From NCBI GenBank assembly GCA_038890745.1, contig JAWAFD010000001.1:64001-128000 (forward strand): a stretch of DNA of 64,000 nucleotides. The letters are read 5' to 3'. Positions 39,337 through 48,982 of this stretch are shown one piece after another. How positions within the stretch are numbered: position 1 is the first letter of the stretch; every line of letters begins with the position of its first letter. Below the pieces are notes generated by a model, which was not told where the DNA came from, ran no database searches, and worked only from the letters and a program-made list of their open reading frames with translations. The stretch comes from Candidatus Anstonellales archaeon (GTDB lineage: Archaea; Micrarchaeota; Micrarchaeia; Anstonellales; J096). Made by a program: the position numbers and the translations under genes.

Positions 39337-39812
39337 ATTTTATACTCCCTTTTCTCCTCTTTTTTACCTTCCTCTTTTTTCTCCTCCTCAATAGGAATTG
39401 GTCTTATGCTTTCCTCCATTTCCTCTTTCTTCTCTCCACTCAACTGATTTTTCATTTCCATGCCAAGAAGCGCGTCGAACTCCATCACAAATTTGTCTGC
39501 GGATTTTTCTGATAGCCCGCACTTCAAGAAAATCTCCCTTAATTTTTTCTTCATCCCAAGGTCAAAGGCAGGTTTGCCTTCATTTATGTTTGCCTCTGCC
39601 TTCTCAAGCAGGTTTGCAAATTCATGAATATCCTCTTTCTTTGCACCCCCCGCATTCAAAGAAGAGAGAATGGCAGCTGCAAATATCTCATACCTCCTTT
39701 TTGTTTTTAGAAGGAGGGATTTTAAGCGGGAGATGTCCCTATCAGAAAGCTTTATACCTACAGTAACCGCATTCACAACCCTTCTCACAAATGATGAGAG
39801 CGAATCGAGCAT
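39333..39812 (-). CDS. Hypothetical protein
   Basis: 159-aa ORF overlapping the next gene by 4 nt. Confidence 0.6.
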   Translation of the reverse strand: MLDSLSSFVRRVVNAVTVGIKLSDRDISRLKSLLLKTKRRYEIFAAAILSSLNAGGAKKEDIHEFANLLEKAEANINEGKPAFDLGMKKKLREIFLKCGLSEKSADKFVMEFDALLGMEMKNQLSGEKKEEMEESIRPIPIEEEKKEEGKKEEKREYKI

Positions 39813-39866
39813 GATTCTGTTTTATTGGTGCGGTTTTTTAAACATTTCCCGATTTTATAAAGAACA

Positions 39867-40018
39867 GGGCCGGTAGCTCAGGCTGGTTAGAGCGATGGTC
39901 TTATATGACGCGCTCTAATACATTCTAGGAAAGCCATAGGTCATGGGTTCGAAGAACCCTTTTTAGGTTGCCAAGAAAGGCTTCATCCAAAGAAGGTTCG
40001 GAAATCCCATCCGGCCCA
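39867..40018 (+). tRNA. tRNA-Ile(UAU) with introns at 37/38 (39906-39931) and 59/60 (39954-40004)
   Basis: Acceptor GGGCCGG/CCGGCCC, D-arm GCTC/GAGC, anticodon stem ATGGT/GCCAT, loop CT-TAT-A^A, T-stem ATGGG/CCCAT; both introns form BHB-type motifs; no encoded CCA. Confidence 0.9.
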
Positions 40019-40020
40019 AA

Positions 40021-41016
40021 TTAATATATATTCTCCCTATTCAGCGGATAGTTTGTAACTATCCTTATGTCATTTACTCGGAGAACACTCTGGCTTATTC
40101 TGTTGAAACCTATCCCACAACCAGAATGAAGAATCGGCTCTTTCTTTATTAAATTGAGATAGTCAGCAAAATCATCAATACTCTTCCCCCGTTCTTTAAG
40201 GATTCTGTACATCGGGCTGTTTAGCAATCTCTCAACAAGCCTTTCATAGTTGTTCTCCCTTTCAGCAGAACCAACACTTTCACCACTAAAAGGCATTATC
40301 AAATCAGCGCTGTTCACTATACGGTCATCCTCTTCATTTACCCGCATGTTGAAGAATTTTATCTCCTTTGGGTAGTGTGTGATGAAAAGGGGCCTGCCGC
40401 CGAGGGCATCAACCAAAAACAACTCATGCTTAGATTTTAAGTCATCCCCCCAGTTTATGTTAAAATCCGGCTTTAAAATCTCGATCGCTTCTGTGTATGT
40501 AATCCTGTTGAATTTTTTTGTGTATTCAAAAACATAGCCGGCATCAATCCCAAGAGAATTAAAATCTTCTTCGTTATTTTTTAGTGCATTCCGTATCATG
40601 TTCTTTACTAGTTCTTCTATGTGAAAAAGAAGGGACTCAAAATCACCAACGTGCTCAAATTCAAGGAGCGTGAACTGGTTCAGATGCCTTCCATCAACCT
40701 CTTGCTCTGCCCTTGAACTTGTGATCACTGTCCAAACCTTTTTGTGTGATGGAATCTTTGCCTCTAGATAAAGCTGGCCTGTCTGCGCCAAGTATGCCTC
40801 CACACCAAAATGGTCAACGGCATAAAGGGTGTTTACATTCTCACACGCACCTGTTATTTTAGTAAGCGTTGGCACCTCAACCCAACAAAAACCATTCTTT
40901 ATAAAGTACCCGACTGCTCCAGTATACAGGCTGCTGTTTATCCTATCTATACATGCCATCTCTTCAGAATTTATTATCTCGAATCTATTTTTAGTTTCAA
41001 CAAGCTGCCCCAACAT
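40021..41016 (-). CDS. AsnRS-like catalytic domain without anticodon-binding domain (archaeal asparagine synthetase A-like)
   Basis: AYLAQTGQLYLE, RAE..RHLNQF, ESVGSAERE, GCGIGFNR; 331 aa, no N-terminal OB fold. Confidence 0.75.
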   Translation of the reverse strand: MLGQLVETKNRFEIINSEEMACIDRINSSLYTGAVGYFIKNGFCWVEVPTLTKITGACENVNTLYAVDHFGVEAYLAQTGQLYLEAKIPSHKKVWTVITSSRAEQEVDGRHLNQFTLLEFEHVGDFESLLFHIEELVKNMIRNALKNNEEDFNSLGIDAGYVFEYTKKFNRITYTEAIEILKPDFNINWGDDLKSKHELFLVDALGGRPLFITHYPKEIKFFNMRVNEEDDRIVNSADLIMPFSGESVGSAERENNYERLVERLLNSPMYRILKERGKSIDDFADYLNLIKKEPILHSGCGIGFNRISQSVLRVNDIRIVTNYPLNRENIY

Positions 41017-41059
41017 CCAACCACCCCTTTCCCTAGCCGCTTATGATATATTTAAAAAT

Positions 41060-41083
41060 TTGTTGTAAAAATATTTACAACAA
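41060..41083. promoter_or_regulatory. Inverted repeat, likely TrmB-family operator
   Basis: TTGTTGTAAA-aata-TTTACAACAA between divergent genes, 1 bp before the TrmB ATG. Confidence 0.7.
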
Positions 41084-41084
41084 T

Positions 41085-41807
41085 ATGAAAGTAGAAGAAG
41101 TTTTGCAGAATTGCGGGCTCTCAAAAAATGAGGCAAAGATATACCTCGCCCTTCTTCAACTAGGCTCATCAAAAGCAGGAAAGATCTCAAAGCTGGCGCA
41201 GATAGACAGAACATCTACCTACAACTCGCTTAAGCTTCTAATAGAGAAAGGACTCGCAAGCTATGTGATTGTGGGGAAGGTTAGATGGTTTCAGCCGGCT
41301 TCTCCTGAAAAACTCCTTATACTCACTGATGAAAAAAGAGAAGGGTTAATGAAGGTCATGCCATTTTTGAATGCAGAGTATAAAGAAAAAAAACTTGAGG
41401 AGAATGTAAGGCTTTTTAAAGGATTGAGGGGGATAAGGACCGTTCTTGAAGATATCCTAAACGAAGGAAAACCAAACCTTGTTTTCGGGTCTGAGGGCCA
41501 GCTTGAAAAAAACATGCCTGCCTTTGCCCAAAGGTTTGTGCATATGCTGAAAAAAAGAAAAATAAAGGTAAAAAGTTTGGTGAGGGAAGGAAGGCGGGAT
41601 GTTTCCTCAAAAACAGCAGAGGTAAGATTCGTTCCGAAAACAGTAAAATCAAATGTTGTTACGAATATTTACGGAAACAAAATTGCAATAGTGATATGGA
41701 GCAAGACACCAGAAGCGATACTGATAGAAAACAAAACAGCCGCTGAAGCATACAGAAGCTATTTCTGGTTTATGTGGGAGAGGGCGAAAAGGAAACATGC
41801 CCATTAG
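41085..41807 (+). CDS. TrmB-family transcriptional regulator
   Basis: GLSKNEAKIYLALLQLG..RTSTYNSLKLLIEKGL; C-terminal IYGNKIAIV domain. Confidence 0.9.
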   Translation: MKVEEVLQNCGLSKNEAKIYLALLQLGSSKAGKISKLAQIDRTSTYNSLKLLIEKGLASYVIVGKVRWFQPASPEKLLILTDEKREGLMKVMPFLNAEYKEKKLEENVRLFKGLRGIRTVLEDILNEGKPNLVFGSEGQLEKNMPAFAQRFVHMLKKRKIKVKSLVREGRRDVSSKTAEVRFVPKTVKSNVVTNIYGNKIAIVIWSKTPEAILIENKTAAEAYRSYFWFMWERAKRKHAH

Positions 41808-41810
41808 TAT

Positions 41811-41867
41811 TTTTGTTGCCATATGGAAACAAAAATATAGCAATTTTATTTCCATTTGGAAACAAAT
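41811..41867. repeat. Tandem 24-bp palindromes abutting the ATPase stop codon
   Basis: TTTTGTTGCCATATGGAAACAAAA-9bp-TTTTATTTCCATTTGGAAACAAAT; 41842-41866 identical to 43122-43146. Confidence 0.85.
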
Positions 41868-43060
41868 TAAAAAAGAAGACCGAAAATGTAGAGTGGGATT
41901 TCATCAGATGCAACAGAAAGCGACTCTTTTACAATAAAAGACCACCCACTCCCACTGAGCTGGGAAGCACTTTTGCTTCTTCCCCCTATTTCAAAAATAT
42001 ACCCATCCACATAATAATCTGGCACCTTTTTACCAGTTTCTCTGATGTACTGTGCATGCCCTACGTGATGGATGAAAAAGTCTTCTCTCAATGCCCCTTT
42101 TTCTATGGAAACTCCAAAATACTCCCCAAGAGAATTTCTGATGGAAAGCGGGAGCATAACCTTACTCTCTCCCAGTATAGATTTATGCCCACTACCGTGC
42201 GGGGGGAGTAATGTAATCAATCCACTTATGGAGAGTAAGCGCATGAGCTCTATTGTGAACTTTACTGAGCGGCCAATAGAGTTTGCAACCGAATTGTAGC
42301 TTATTTCTCCTGGTTTTGAGGATGCTATAAACTTTAGAAGCCTAAATGCACTATCTATATACCCAGTGTCTATACTTTTTAGGGAAAGAAGATCATGGTA
42401 CACAACCCGCTCTATTATTCCTGGGTAAACGTCCTTTCCTTCAAAAAAAGCAGCAGGTAGACCGTAATGGTTGACAAACTCAGGATACAAACTAATGAAT
42501 GGAGCCACCTCCCTTGAAACCTCTACCCGTTCTTCAATAAGTTCCTTTATCGTTCTTTTTCTAAGCAGTGTTTTAGTTTTGAAATAGATATATTCCCGAA
42601 ATGAAAATGGCCTTAGCTCGCTTATACATATTCTCCTTGCTAAGTCCGAGGAGCGTGCAGCGATATCAATTGCAGAGGAACCGGTAATGATGATCTTTGT
42701 TCTGCTCTCATCATAGAAAAGTTTTATATCTTTAGGCCATTCTTTTATGACCTGTATCTCATCTATGCCAAAAGTAGTAAATCCCTGGGTGTATGCATAT
42801 GAAAGGGTTTCGTAGAGATCATAACCATGCTTGAGAAGGAACTCTGCATTTATGTACATAGCTTTTTCATATTTCTTTAATATGTGTATGAGCAACGAGG
42901 ATTTGCCGACCCCCCTAAGCCCCTTTATCGCCGAGATAATTTTTTGTTTTTTTATGCTCTCTTCTAACTCCTGCGATGCAGGCCTGAGCACATCCACTGC
43001 CTTTTCCCTACAAACTTTTTCTGAGTAAGATAGGAGTCTCGTGAAATCGTTTTCGTCCAT
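41867..43060 (-). CDS. AAA_14-type ATPase with HTH-like and C-terminal PD-(D/E)XK-like regions
   Basis: GLRGVGKS, IDEIQ, TGSS, PFSFREY, PDY..FEIGGRSK. Confidence 0.85.
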   Translation of the reverse strand: MDENDFTRLLSYSEKVCREKAVDVLRPASQELEESIKKQKIISAIKGLRGVGKSSLLIHILKKYEKAMYINAEFLLKHGYDLYETLSYAYTQGFTTFGIDEIQVIKEWPKDIKLFYDESRTKIIITGSSAIDIAARSSDLARRICISELRPFSFREYIYFKTKTLLRKRTIKELIEERVEVSREVAPFISLYPEFVNHYGLPAAFFEGKDVYPGIIERVVYHDLLSLKSIDTGYIDSAFRLLKFIASSKPGEISYNSVANSIGRSVKFTIELMRLLSISGLITLLPPHGSGHKSILGESKVMLPLSIRNSLGEYFGVSIEKGALREDFFIHHVGHAQYIRETGKKVPDYYVDGYIFEIGGRSKSASQLSGSGWSFIVKESLSVASDEIPLYIFGLLF

Positions 43061-43091
43061 ATAAAAATAATGGGCATTCTGCTTATAAATC

Positions 43092-43147
43092 TTTTGTTTT
43101 CTCTAGGAAATAAAAAACTTAAATTTTATTTCCATTTGGAAACAAAA
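43092..43147. repeat. Tandem 24-bp palindromes upstream of the ATPase TATA-like box
   Basis: TTTTGTTTTCTCTAGGAAATAAAA-8bp-TTTTATTTCCATTTGGAAACAAAA. Confidence 0.85.
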
Positions 43148-43161
43148 TCCTGCAAGATGGC

Positions 43162-45543
43162 TCATACCTCCCAGTATTTTCTTGTTTTCAAAAATGTTTT
43201 TTGTGCCTCTATTAGATCAACCCAAAAACCAAACTCATCCTTATGTAGCCTTCTCAATATTCTATCTGCTGTTTTTGCGCCGACACCAAAAACAGTTAAA
43301 GCAATGATCGCTTTTTTTCCATATGCACGTGTAAGGTTTGCGCGATATTCTAACTCTTCTTTGTCTGCTTTTTCTGAATAAAGGGTCAGAGGAGAACCGC
43401 ACCTGTGGCATTTTGGCATTTCCTCAACCCTTAGGATCGTTGTAAATCTTGTCGCCCCGCAATTGACGCAAATAAGTTTTACATCCTGGCTTTCAACAGC
43501 ATTTTTGAACGCCTCTATCCTTGCGCTCTCTGGTAAAAACTCAATAGGAAGAGGCCTGGAGAACCTATCAACAATTTTTATATCTGGAACAAAATCAAAA
43601 TTAAAATCAAAATACCTTTTTGCTTCTTTCACTGCCTCCTCATAAACAATCGACCCTTTAAAGAATTTTGCAAGCCTCGGGTTGAATGGCGTGTCCTCTT
43701 TCAAAATACCAAACCTTCTTGCAACATGCGTGAATTTTATGGAAAAGATAAAGCTATCCTCTATTGATTTTTCTGCGAGAGCCCGGATGTTGTATTTCTT
43801 TATTTTATGGATGTGCTCGCCAAGAGGAAAGGGAAGCTTTAGAATTATTCTATAAGCATCAGAAATTCCGTTTGCTTGCTCACCTGTAAGTTCCTCCACT
43901 GCTTTTTTTAAACCGGCCAGGATTGCGTTATTTGCGATCGTTCCTTGACAGGAGTAGTATACCAGGATATCTTCCTTCTCTTCTCCAAAAAGCTCTTTAC
44001 ACACTGTTTGGGCAACTTCTTTACTTACAGGAAGGTCTTCCCCTTTCCATACCGGAACGGTTAGGGCGGCTGAAGAGAGAGGGATTACCTTTATTTCTTC
44101 CTCTAAGCTCGCTACCTGCCACGGTCTTCCTTTTAATATGAATGAATCACCCTCGGATAGTTGGGATGCAAATTTTTCATCTACATGTCCGATTATTGTT
44201 CCGGTTTGAGCTTCTCTGACTGAAAAATATATCTCTTTTGGAATGGTTGAAACATTGTCAAAGTAGTACTTTTTTCCCTTTAAAGTGGCTTTTATTGTTC
44301 CATCCTCATTTAAAAAAATTACATTATTTTCTTCTAAAAATTGTGCAATAATTTTACTTTTTTCAAATGAAAGAGTATAGATGTGCGATTTCTTGAGAAT
44401 TTCATGAACCTTAGTGAAGGGTATTTTTGAAAAAGCAAGCCCAACTATTTGATGGGCTATAACATCGAGCGGGGAGGTATATTCCTTTTCTTCTTCTATC
44501 CACCCTTCCCTTGCTTTTTTTATTATTCCCTCGCTTTCCTTCCTTTCCTCTTCATTCCTTGCGATTATTATTGCCCTTGAAACCTGCCTTAGGGAATGGC
44601 CGCTCCTTCCCATTCTTTGCAGGAATCTACTCACTTGTCTGGGCGAGCCGATCTGTACTACAAGGTCAACATCCCCTATATCTATTCCTAGTTCAAGGGA
44701 AGAGGTTGCGACAATGGCCTTTAACTCGCCCTTCTTAAACTTTCTTTCAGCCTCTTCTCTAATCTTTCTGGAGAGAGAGCCGTGATGAACAAAAGCAAAA
44801 TCAGAGAATAACGAACCGTAAAGCTCTGCCTCGCTTCTTGTGTTCACAAAAATCATTATTTTCTGTTTTTCTGCGAGCGATCGGACAAATTCTTTTATTT
44901 TTTCATCCCCGTATATTGGCTTTACCTCTGCTTTCCACTCTTTCTCCCCTCCTGAAACAACATCGTAATTTTTTCCGTTGAATATCAACTCTGCTTTTTT
45001 TGGGGAGGAGAGGGTTGCGCTAAGGCCGATGGTTTTGAAGTCTGCAAGCTCAGAAAGCCTGGCAAGCCCAAGGGATAGCTGGCTCCCCCTTTTACTGTCA
45101 ACAAGCTCATGTATCTCATCCACTATAACCCATCCAACATTCCTCAGATGCTCCTTGAATTGTGGAAGAACAAGAAGAATTTGAAGGGTTTCTGGGGTTG
45201 TTATGAGCACATGTGGCGGGGATTTTGCCTGTTTTGTCTTTATTTTTGCCGGCGTGTCCCCATGCCTAACCTCTATTCTTATTCCGGCAGCATTCCCCCA
45301 ATAAATAAGCCTTTCTTCCATATCTCTATTCAGGGCTCTTAATGGGGTTATGTACAGTGCTGAAATGGGTTGCTTCTTTTGGATTGCTATTTGCTCAAAA
45401 ACAGGCAGAACCGCGGCCTCTGTTTTTCCTGCTCCTGTAGGTGCTACGATTAAAACATTCCTTCCACTAAGAATAAGCGGGATGGCTTTTTTTTGTACCT
45501 CTGTTGGCTCTTTAAATCTCTCAAGGAATGCTTTTTCTAACAT
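43162..45543 (-). CDS. Lhr-like DEAD/DEAH helicase
   Basis: APTGAGKT, RHGDT, DEIH, SAT, ELGIDIG, QRMGRSGH, C-terminal CxxC pairs. Confidence 0.9.
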   Translation of the reverse strand: MLEKAFLERFKEPTEVQKKAIPLILSGRNVLIVAPTGAGKTEAAVLPVFEQIAIQKKQPISALYITPLRALNRDMEERLIYWGNAAGIRIEVRHGDTPAKIKTKQAKSPPHVLITTPETLQILLVLPQFKEHLRNVGWVIVDEIHELVDSKRGSQLSLGLARLSELADFKTIGLSATLSSPKKAELIFNGKNYDVVSGGEKEWKAEVKPIYGDEKIKEFVRSLAEKQKIMIFVNTRSEAELYGSLFSDFAFVHHGSLSRKIREEAERKFKKGELKAIVATSSLELGIDIGDVDLVVQIGSPRQVSRFLQRMGRSGHSLRQVSRAIIIARNEEERKESEGIIKKAREGWIEEEKEYTSPLDVIAHQIVGLAFSKIPFTKVHEILKKSHIYTLSFEKSKIIAQFLEENNVIFLNEDGTIKATLKGKKYYFDNVSTIPKEIYFSVREAQTGTIIGHVDEKFASQLSEGDSFILKGRPWQVASLEEEIKVIPLSSAALTVPVWKGEDLPVSKEVAQTVCKELFGEEKEDILVYYSCQGTIANNAILAGLKKAVEELTGEQANGISDAYRIILKLPFPLGEHIHKIKKYNIRALAEKSIEDSFIFSIKFTHVARRFGILKEDTPFNPRLAKFFKGSIVYEEAVKEAKRYFDFNFDFVPDIKIVDRFSRPLPIEFLPESARIEAFKNAVESQDVKLICVNCGATRFTTILRVEEMPKCHRCGSPLTLYSEKADKEELEYRANLTRAYGKKAIIALTVFGVGAKTADRILRRLHKDEFGFWVDLIEAQKTFLKTRKYWEV

Positions 45544-45559
45544 AAAAATAAAAAATAAA

Positions 45560-46225
45560 TTATGAGAGAAGCCTCTCTATTGTTCTTTGCTTCTTTTTTG
45601 CAATTGTTGAGATCGTATCCTTCAGCCCAAGCCCTAACGCAAGCCCTGCACCAATAGCAAACGCGATTGCAAACGCCCCGAGCACGATCATGAATGCGTC
45701 CTTAAGCAGGCTTGTATCTGCGGATGGCATGAGCGCAGGAAGGGAAAGGACAACACCATTGTAAACTATGAATACCTCAACAACAATCGCCAATGCATTC
45801 GCAAACATAACCTTACTCTTGTTTATCCTGTTTGCTATGTAGTCAGCTACAAAAAGGGTTGCGATAAGGAGGATTATTCCCTGCACAGCACTGTGTATGT
45901 ATCCCAGAGCACCAAACCCCCACATCTCAAGGGCCGGTACACCGGAAACATCCCCAGCTATCGTCAGTGCAAGCAGGTATATGTAAAGTTTGATGAGTAG
46001 GACAACAATACCGGTTAGCGTGAAACCAAGTAAGGCATTCTCAAGACCGGCATCTTTTATTCTTTTTTCTACTCTTAGGTTCTCAGAAATTTTCCATACT
46101 ACCCCTGAGAATATTCTCTCAACAATCCATGCAACTATAAAAACGAGTAGAATTTTCAGCGCAGCAAAAAATCCGTCCAAAAGCCCAGGCACAACGACAT
46201 CATACACAAGTGTTGTCCAATCCAT
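45560..46225 (-). CDS. Membrane protein with conserved TM-helix repeats (MscS-associated/CmpX-like)
   Basis: Multiple TMs, AIAFAIGAGLALGLGLKD. Confidence 0.65.
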   Translation of the reverse strand: MDWTTLVYDVVVPGLLDGFFAALKILLVFIVAWIVERIFSGVVWKISENLRVEKRIKDAGLENALLGFTLTGIVVLLIKLYIYLLALTIAGDVSGVPALEMWGFGALGYIHSAVQGIILLIATLFVADYIANRINKSKVMFANALAIVVEVFIVYNGVVLSLPALMPSADTSLLKDAFMIVLGAFAIAFAIGAGLALGLGLKDTISTIAKKKQRTIERLLS

Positions 46226-46263
46226 ATCACCACCGGAATAAAGATGAAAAGAAAGGTTAATAA

Positions 46264-47391
46264 TTATTGTGTTTGGTTCGAGGCAGGGCTTTCAGTAAAT
46301 GATGCGATGCAATCCTGCGAAAGGCTTTTGTTTTCTATCAAGCCGCACATGGTCTGGTTTTTTGTACTGAGCGCTATGGTGTAGAAGCAGTCGTCTTTCA
46401 TCGGGGGCTCAAACTTTTCGCAGAGCGCAGGGTCAAATGTGAATGAAACATATCCTGAATAGCATGCTGTTTTGTTCTCAGCGTATTCGCACATGCTCGA
46501 CATGCGGTTGTGCACAGCAACAGTAAGGATGCATTTATCTTTTTTATTGGATTGCAAGCATGTAAAGTACTCATCAAATATATTGTAGTGGCGCTGGAAT
46601 AAATACGAGAGGCTTGTAAATTCAGTTGGGATGGGCGGAATGTTTGAGGTTTCGTAGTTTGAGTCGACAACCACAAACCCTTCTTCTATGTATTGGCCCG
46701 AATAATAGTAGGAAAACTGCTTTGAGAGCGTCTCCCCGGTTTCTGCTATGCATGAAGTAATGTTTTGTGTTTTTACGATCGAGACGAGCGGGTCTGATGG
46801 AGAAAGCCCAATGGGTTCAAGATCGTTTATGGAGAGTTTTGTGTAATCAACGCTGTATCTAATCAATGTGCATCGTCTTCCATTGATTTCGCTTTCTTCC
46901 ACAGAATGCATACTCAACCCACCTCTTTTCTCAAGGAGTTCTAATCTTTTTTTCTCTTTTTCTGCCCTCTCATCAGAAAAAAGCGCTTTCTTGAATCCAT
47001 CAACTATGAGCATTTCGTTTGTTTCGTTTGCAATGTCACAGTATCTTTCTCCAGAAAAATCAAAGCAAAGTATTTTCTGGTTCGGTATAACAAAAACCTC
47101 CCTTGAAATCCCCATTATTGTCTCTTTTATGTAAGCGTTCTCGTTATCCTGTGTTATGAAAAATGTTTTCTCAACATCACCAGATTTTTCCTTGACTGTG
47201 AATTGGTATGTTGTTTTTCCTTTCATGAACTCAGCTGACTTGAGAAGAAGCTCAAGGTTTTTGTCTGTTTCTGTTTTGTTCTCCTCTTTATGCTCCGGGA
47301 CTAGAGGCATGACTATGTTGTAGACAGCAAAACCAGCAATTAGGATAAACAAAACTACAGCCAATACAATTAACAATTCATTTTTTTTCAT
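46264..47391 (-). CDS. Membrane-anchored extracellular protein with C-terminal Cys repeats
   Basis: N-terminal TM; DPALC..KDDCF..KNQTMC units. Confidence 0.6.
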   Translation of the reverse strand: MKKNELLIVLAVVLFILIAGFAVYNIVMPLVPEHKEENKTETDKNLELLLKSAEFMKGKTTYQFTVKEKSGDVEKTFFITQDNENAYIKETIMGISREVFVIPNQKILCFDFSGERYCDIANETNEMLIVDGFKKALFSDERAEKEKKRLELLEKRGGLSMHSVEESEINGRRCTLIRYSVDYTKLSINDLEPIGLSPSDPLVSIVKTQNITSCIAETGETLSKQFSYYYSGQYIEEGFVVVDSNYETSNIPPIPTEFTSLSYLFQRHYNIFDEYFTCLQSNKKDKCILTVAVHNRMSSMCEYAENKTACYSGYVSFTFDPALCEKFEPPMKDDCFYTIALSTKNQTMCGLIENKSLSQDCIASFTESPASNQTQ

Positions 47392-47424
47392 AGAATCACC
47401 ATAGAAAAGAAAAAGGCCTAAGAA

Positions 47425-47583
47425 CTACCCGCAGCATGTGCATTTCTTTTTACCGGCCTTTTTCTTTTTTGTTTCTTTCTTTTTTGCCATATGTTCAACC
47501 TCCATGAGCGTATCTGGTTCTGGTTTTAACGATTTTTCTTCTTTTCTTCTAAAAATCTTTTTTATAAAATCAAGCACTCCCAA
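47425..47583 (-). CDS. Small Lys-rich peptide ending CTCCG (52 aa from TTG, or 21 aa from ATG 47490)
   Basis: Open frame filling an intergenic gap; GGAGGT SD-like motif precedes the internal ATG. Confidence 0.4.
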   Translation of the reverse strand: MGVLDFIKKIFRRKEEKSLKPEPDTLMEVEHMAKKKETKKKKAGKKKCTCCG

Positions 47584-47659
47584 ACAAACCCCTGAAATAA
47601 TTGGGCGGTTAGGTTTTTAAATATTTATATTCATTCGAGCGCTCTCTCCTCAAATTAAT

Positions 47660-48982
47660 TTATAAAAACTTCTCCATGTCCTTTAAATCAAAAAGCAGAA
47701 TGCCAGGTTCTTTGAATTTTTCTTTAAAGCTTTTTGCGAATATAACATAGGTTTGTTTTTTACTTGGCCAATCAACGCACCTTGCCTTCTCCTTCAACTC
47801 GGTAAAAATAATCCTCGCATTAACCCGTTCCTGCCACTTGCACTCTGCAAAAAGGATCTCTCGTGTCCGCTCATTTAACCCAACGATATCTATCTCTTTG
47901 TCTTTATGCCACCACTTTCCAATCTTTGTTAGATTAAACATTCTCATTTCCAATAGGAAGTCCTTACACACATCCTCAAAAGATTTGCTGGTATATGTGT
48001 TGAGCTCCTGTTTAACTAAATTTAAAACTTCTTTCTGTAAGCCCTGTTCCAGCATAGATCTGTTTTTGAAAATAAATTTGAACCAAAACTTGTAGAAATT
48101 ATCCTTGATTTTGTATCTGGTTGTTTTTGCTTTTAGTTTCTTTTCAGTTACCGGGATCTCCTTTTCTATGAGACCTACTCTTTCCAAAATCAACAAGTAT
48201 TTTGGTAATTTATAAGTTTGGATTTTACTGAATCCAGCTATTTCAGCAAATTTTACATACCCATTTGTTATAGCTGAAAGTATGGAGGCGTAGGGTGCAG
48301 GGGCCCTAAACTCTTCAAACAGAAGATTGAATGGTTCGTGGTATAAAAAAGAGGTTCTATCCAAGATCTTCCTTTTAATATTCTCCTCAATACTTAATTT
48401 TGAGTCGAATTCTTCCAGGTATCTAGGAATCCCACCTAAGATTGAGTAAACTTCACCAAGCTGCTTAGCGTTGTACCCTGGAAAAAAGTCTTTTATGAAC
48501 TTAAATCTTAGCGGTAGGATATGCATTTCTGCAGTCTTTCTGCCATAGAGAGGAGAACCATAACCCATCGCAATCTTGTATATCGTTGAGATTATCGAAC
48601 CGCAAAGAATTATTTTTTTGTCAGTCTCCTTTATCTTTTCCTACCATCTCTGTGCTATCGTAGGCCAGGCTTTATTGACCTGGTACAAATACTGGAACTC
48701 ATCAATAATTATGACCTTGTGCTTACTCCTATAAAGAAACTCAAAAAAATCATCCCAAGTGTTGAATCTTACAAATTCTCCTCTTATTTGATCTGAAAGA
48801 ACATCTAGTATGTTTTCTGATACATCCGCCAGCAGATAGAGCGCACCTGTTTTTTTAGCAAATTCAACCAAGAGTCTACTTTTTCCAACCCTACGCCTAC
48901 CATAAAGCAAAACAAGCTCAGCCTTCTTTGATGTCGCAAGCTCTAGCAACCTACCAAGCTCTTCCTCCCTATCAATAAACAT
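47660..48982 (-). pseudogene. Archaeal ATPase (ATPase_2/DUF234-type) with in-frame TAG at 48641-48643
   Basis: FIDREEEL, GRRRVGKS, IIDEFQ, QRW*EKI..ILCGS..PLYGR, EIDIV..ECKW; both halves in the same frame. Confidence 0.85.

Noticed and set aside
40054..40069. TGTAACTATCCTTATG as a fifth palindrome copy
   Set aside because: Only the left half matches, it is not palindromic, and it lies inside a CDS.
39990..43147. Island integrated at the tRNA 3' end
   Set aside because: No duplicated tRNA 3' fragment or integrase found by eye.
45544..45559. Palindromic box upstream of the Lhr helicase (also checked upstream of dprA)
   Set aside because: Not present; these repair-related genes lack the box, so the proposed regulon is not universal.
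48641..48643. Amber recoding or alternative genetic code
   Set aside because: TAG ends many intact genes here (for example purD, pcn, tal); a single case is better explained by mutation or error.
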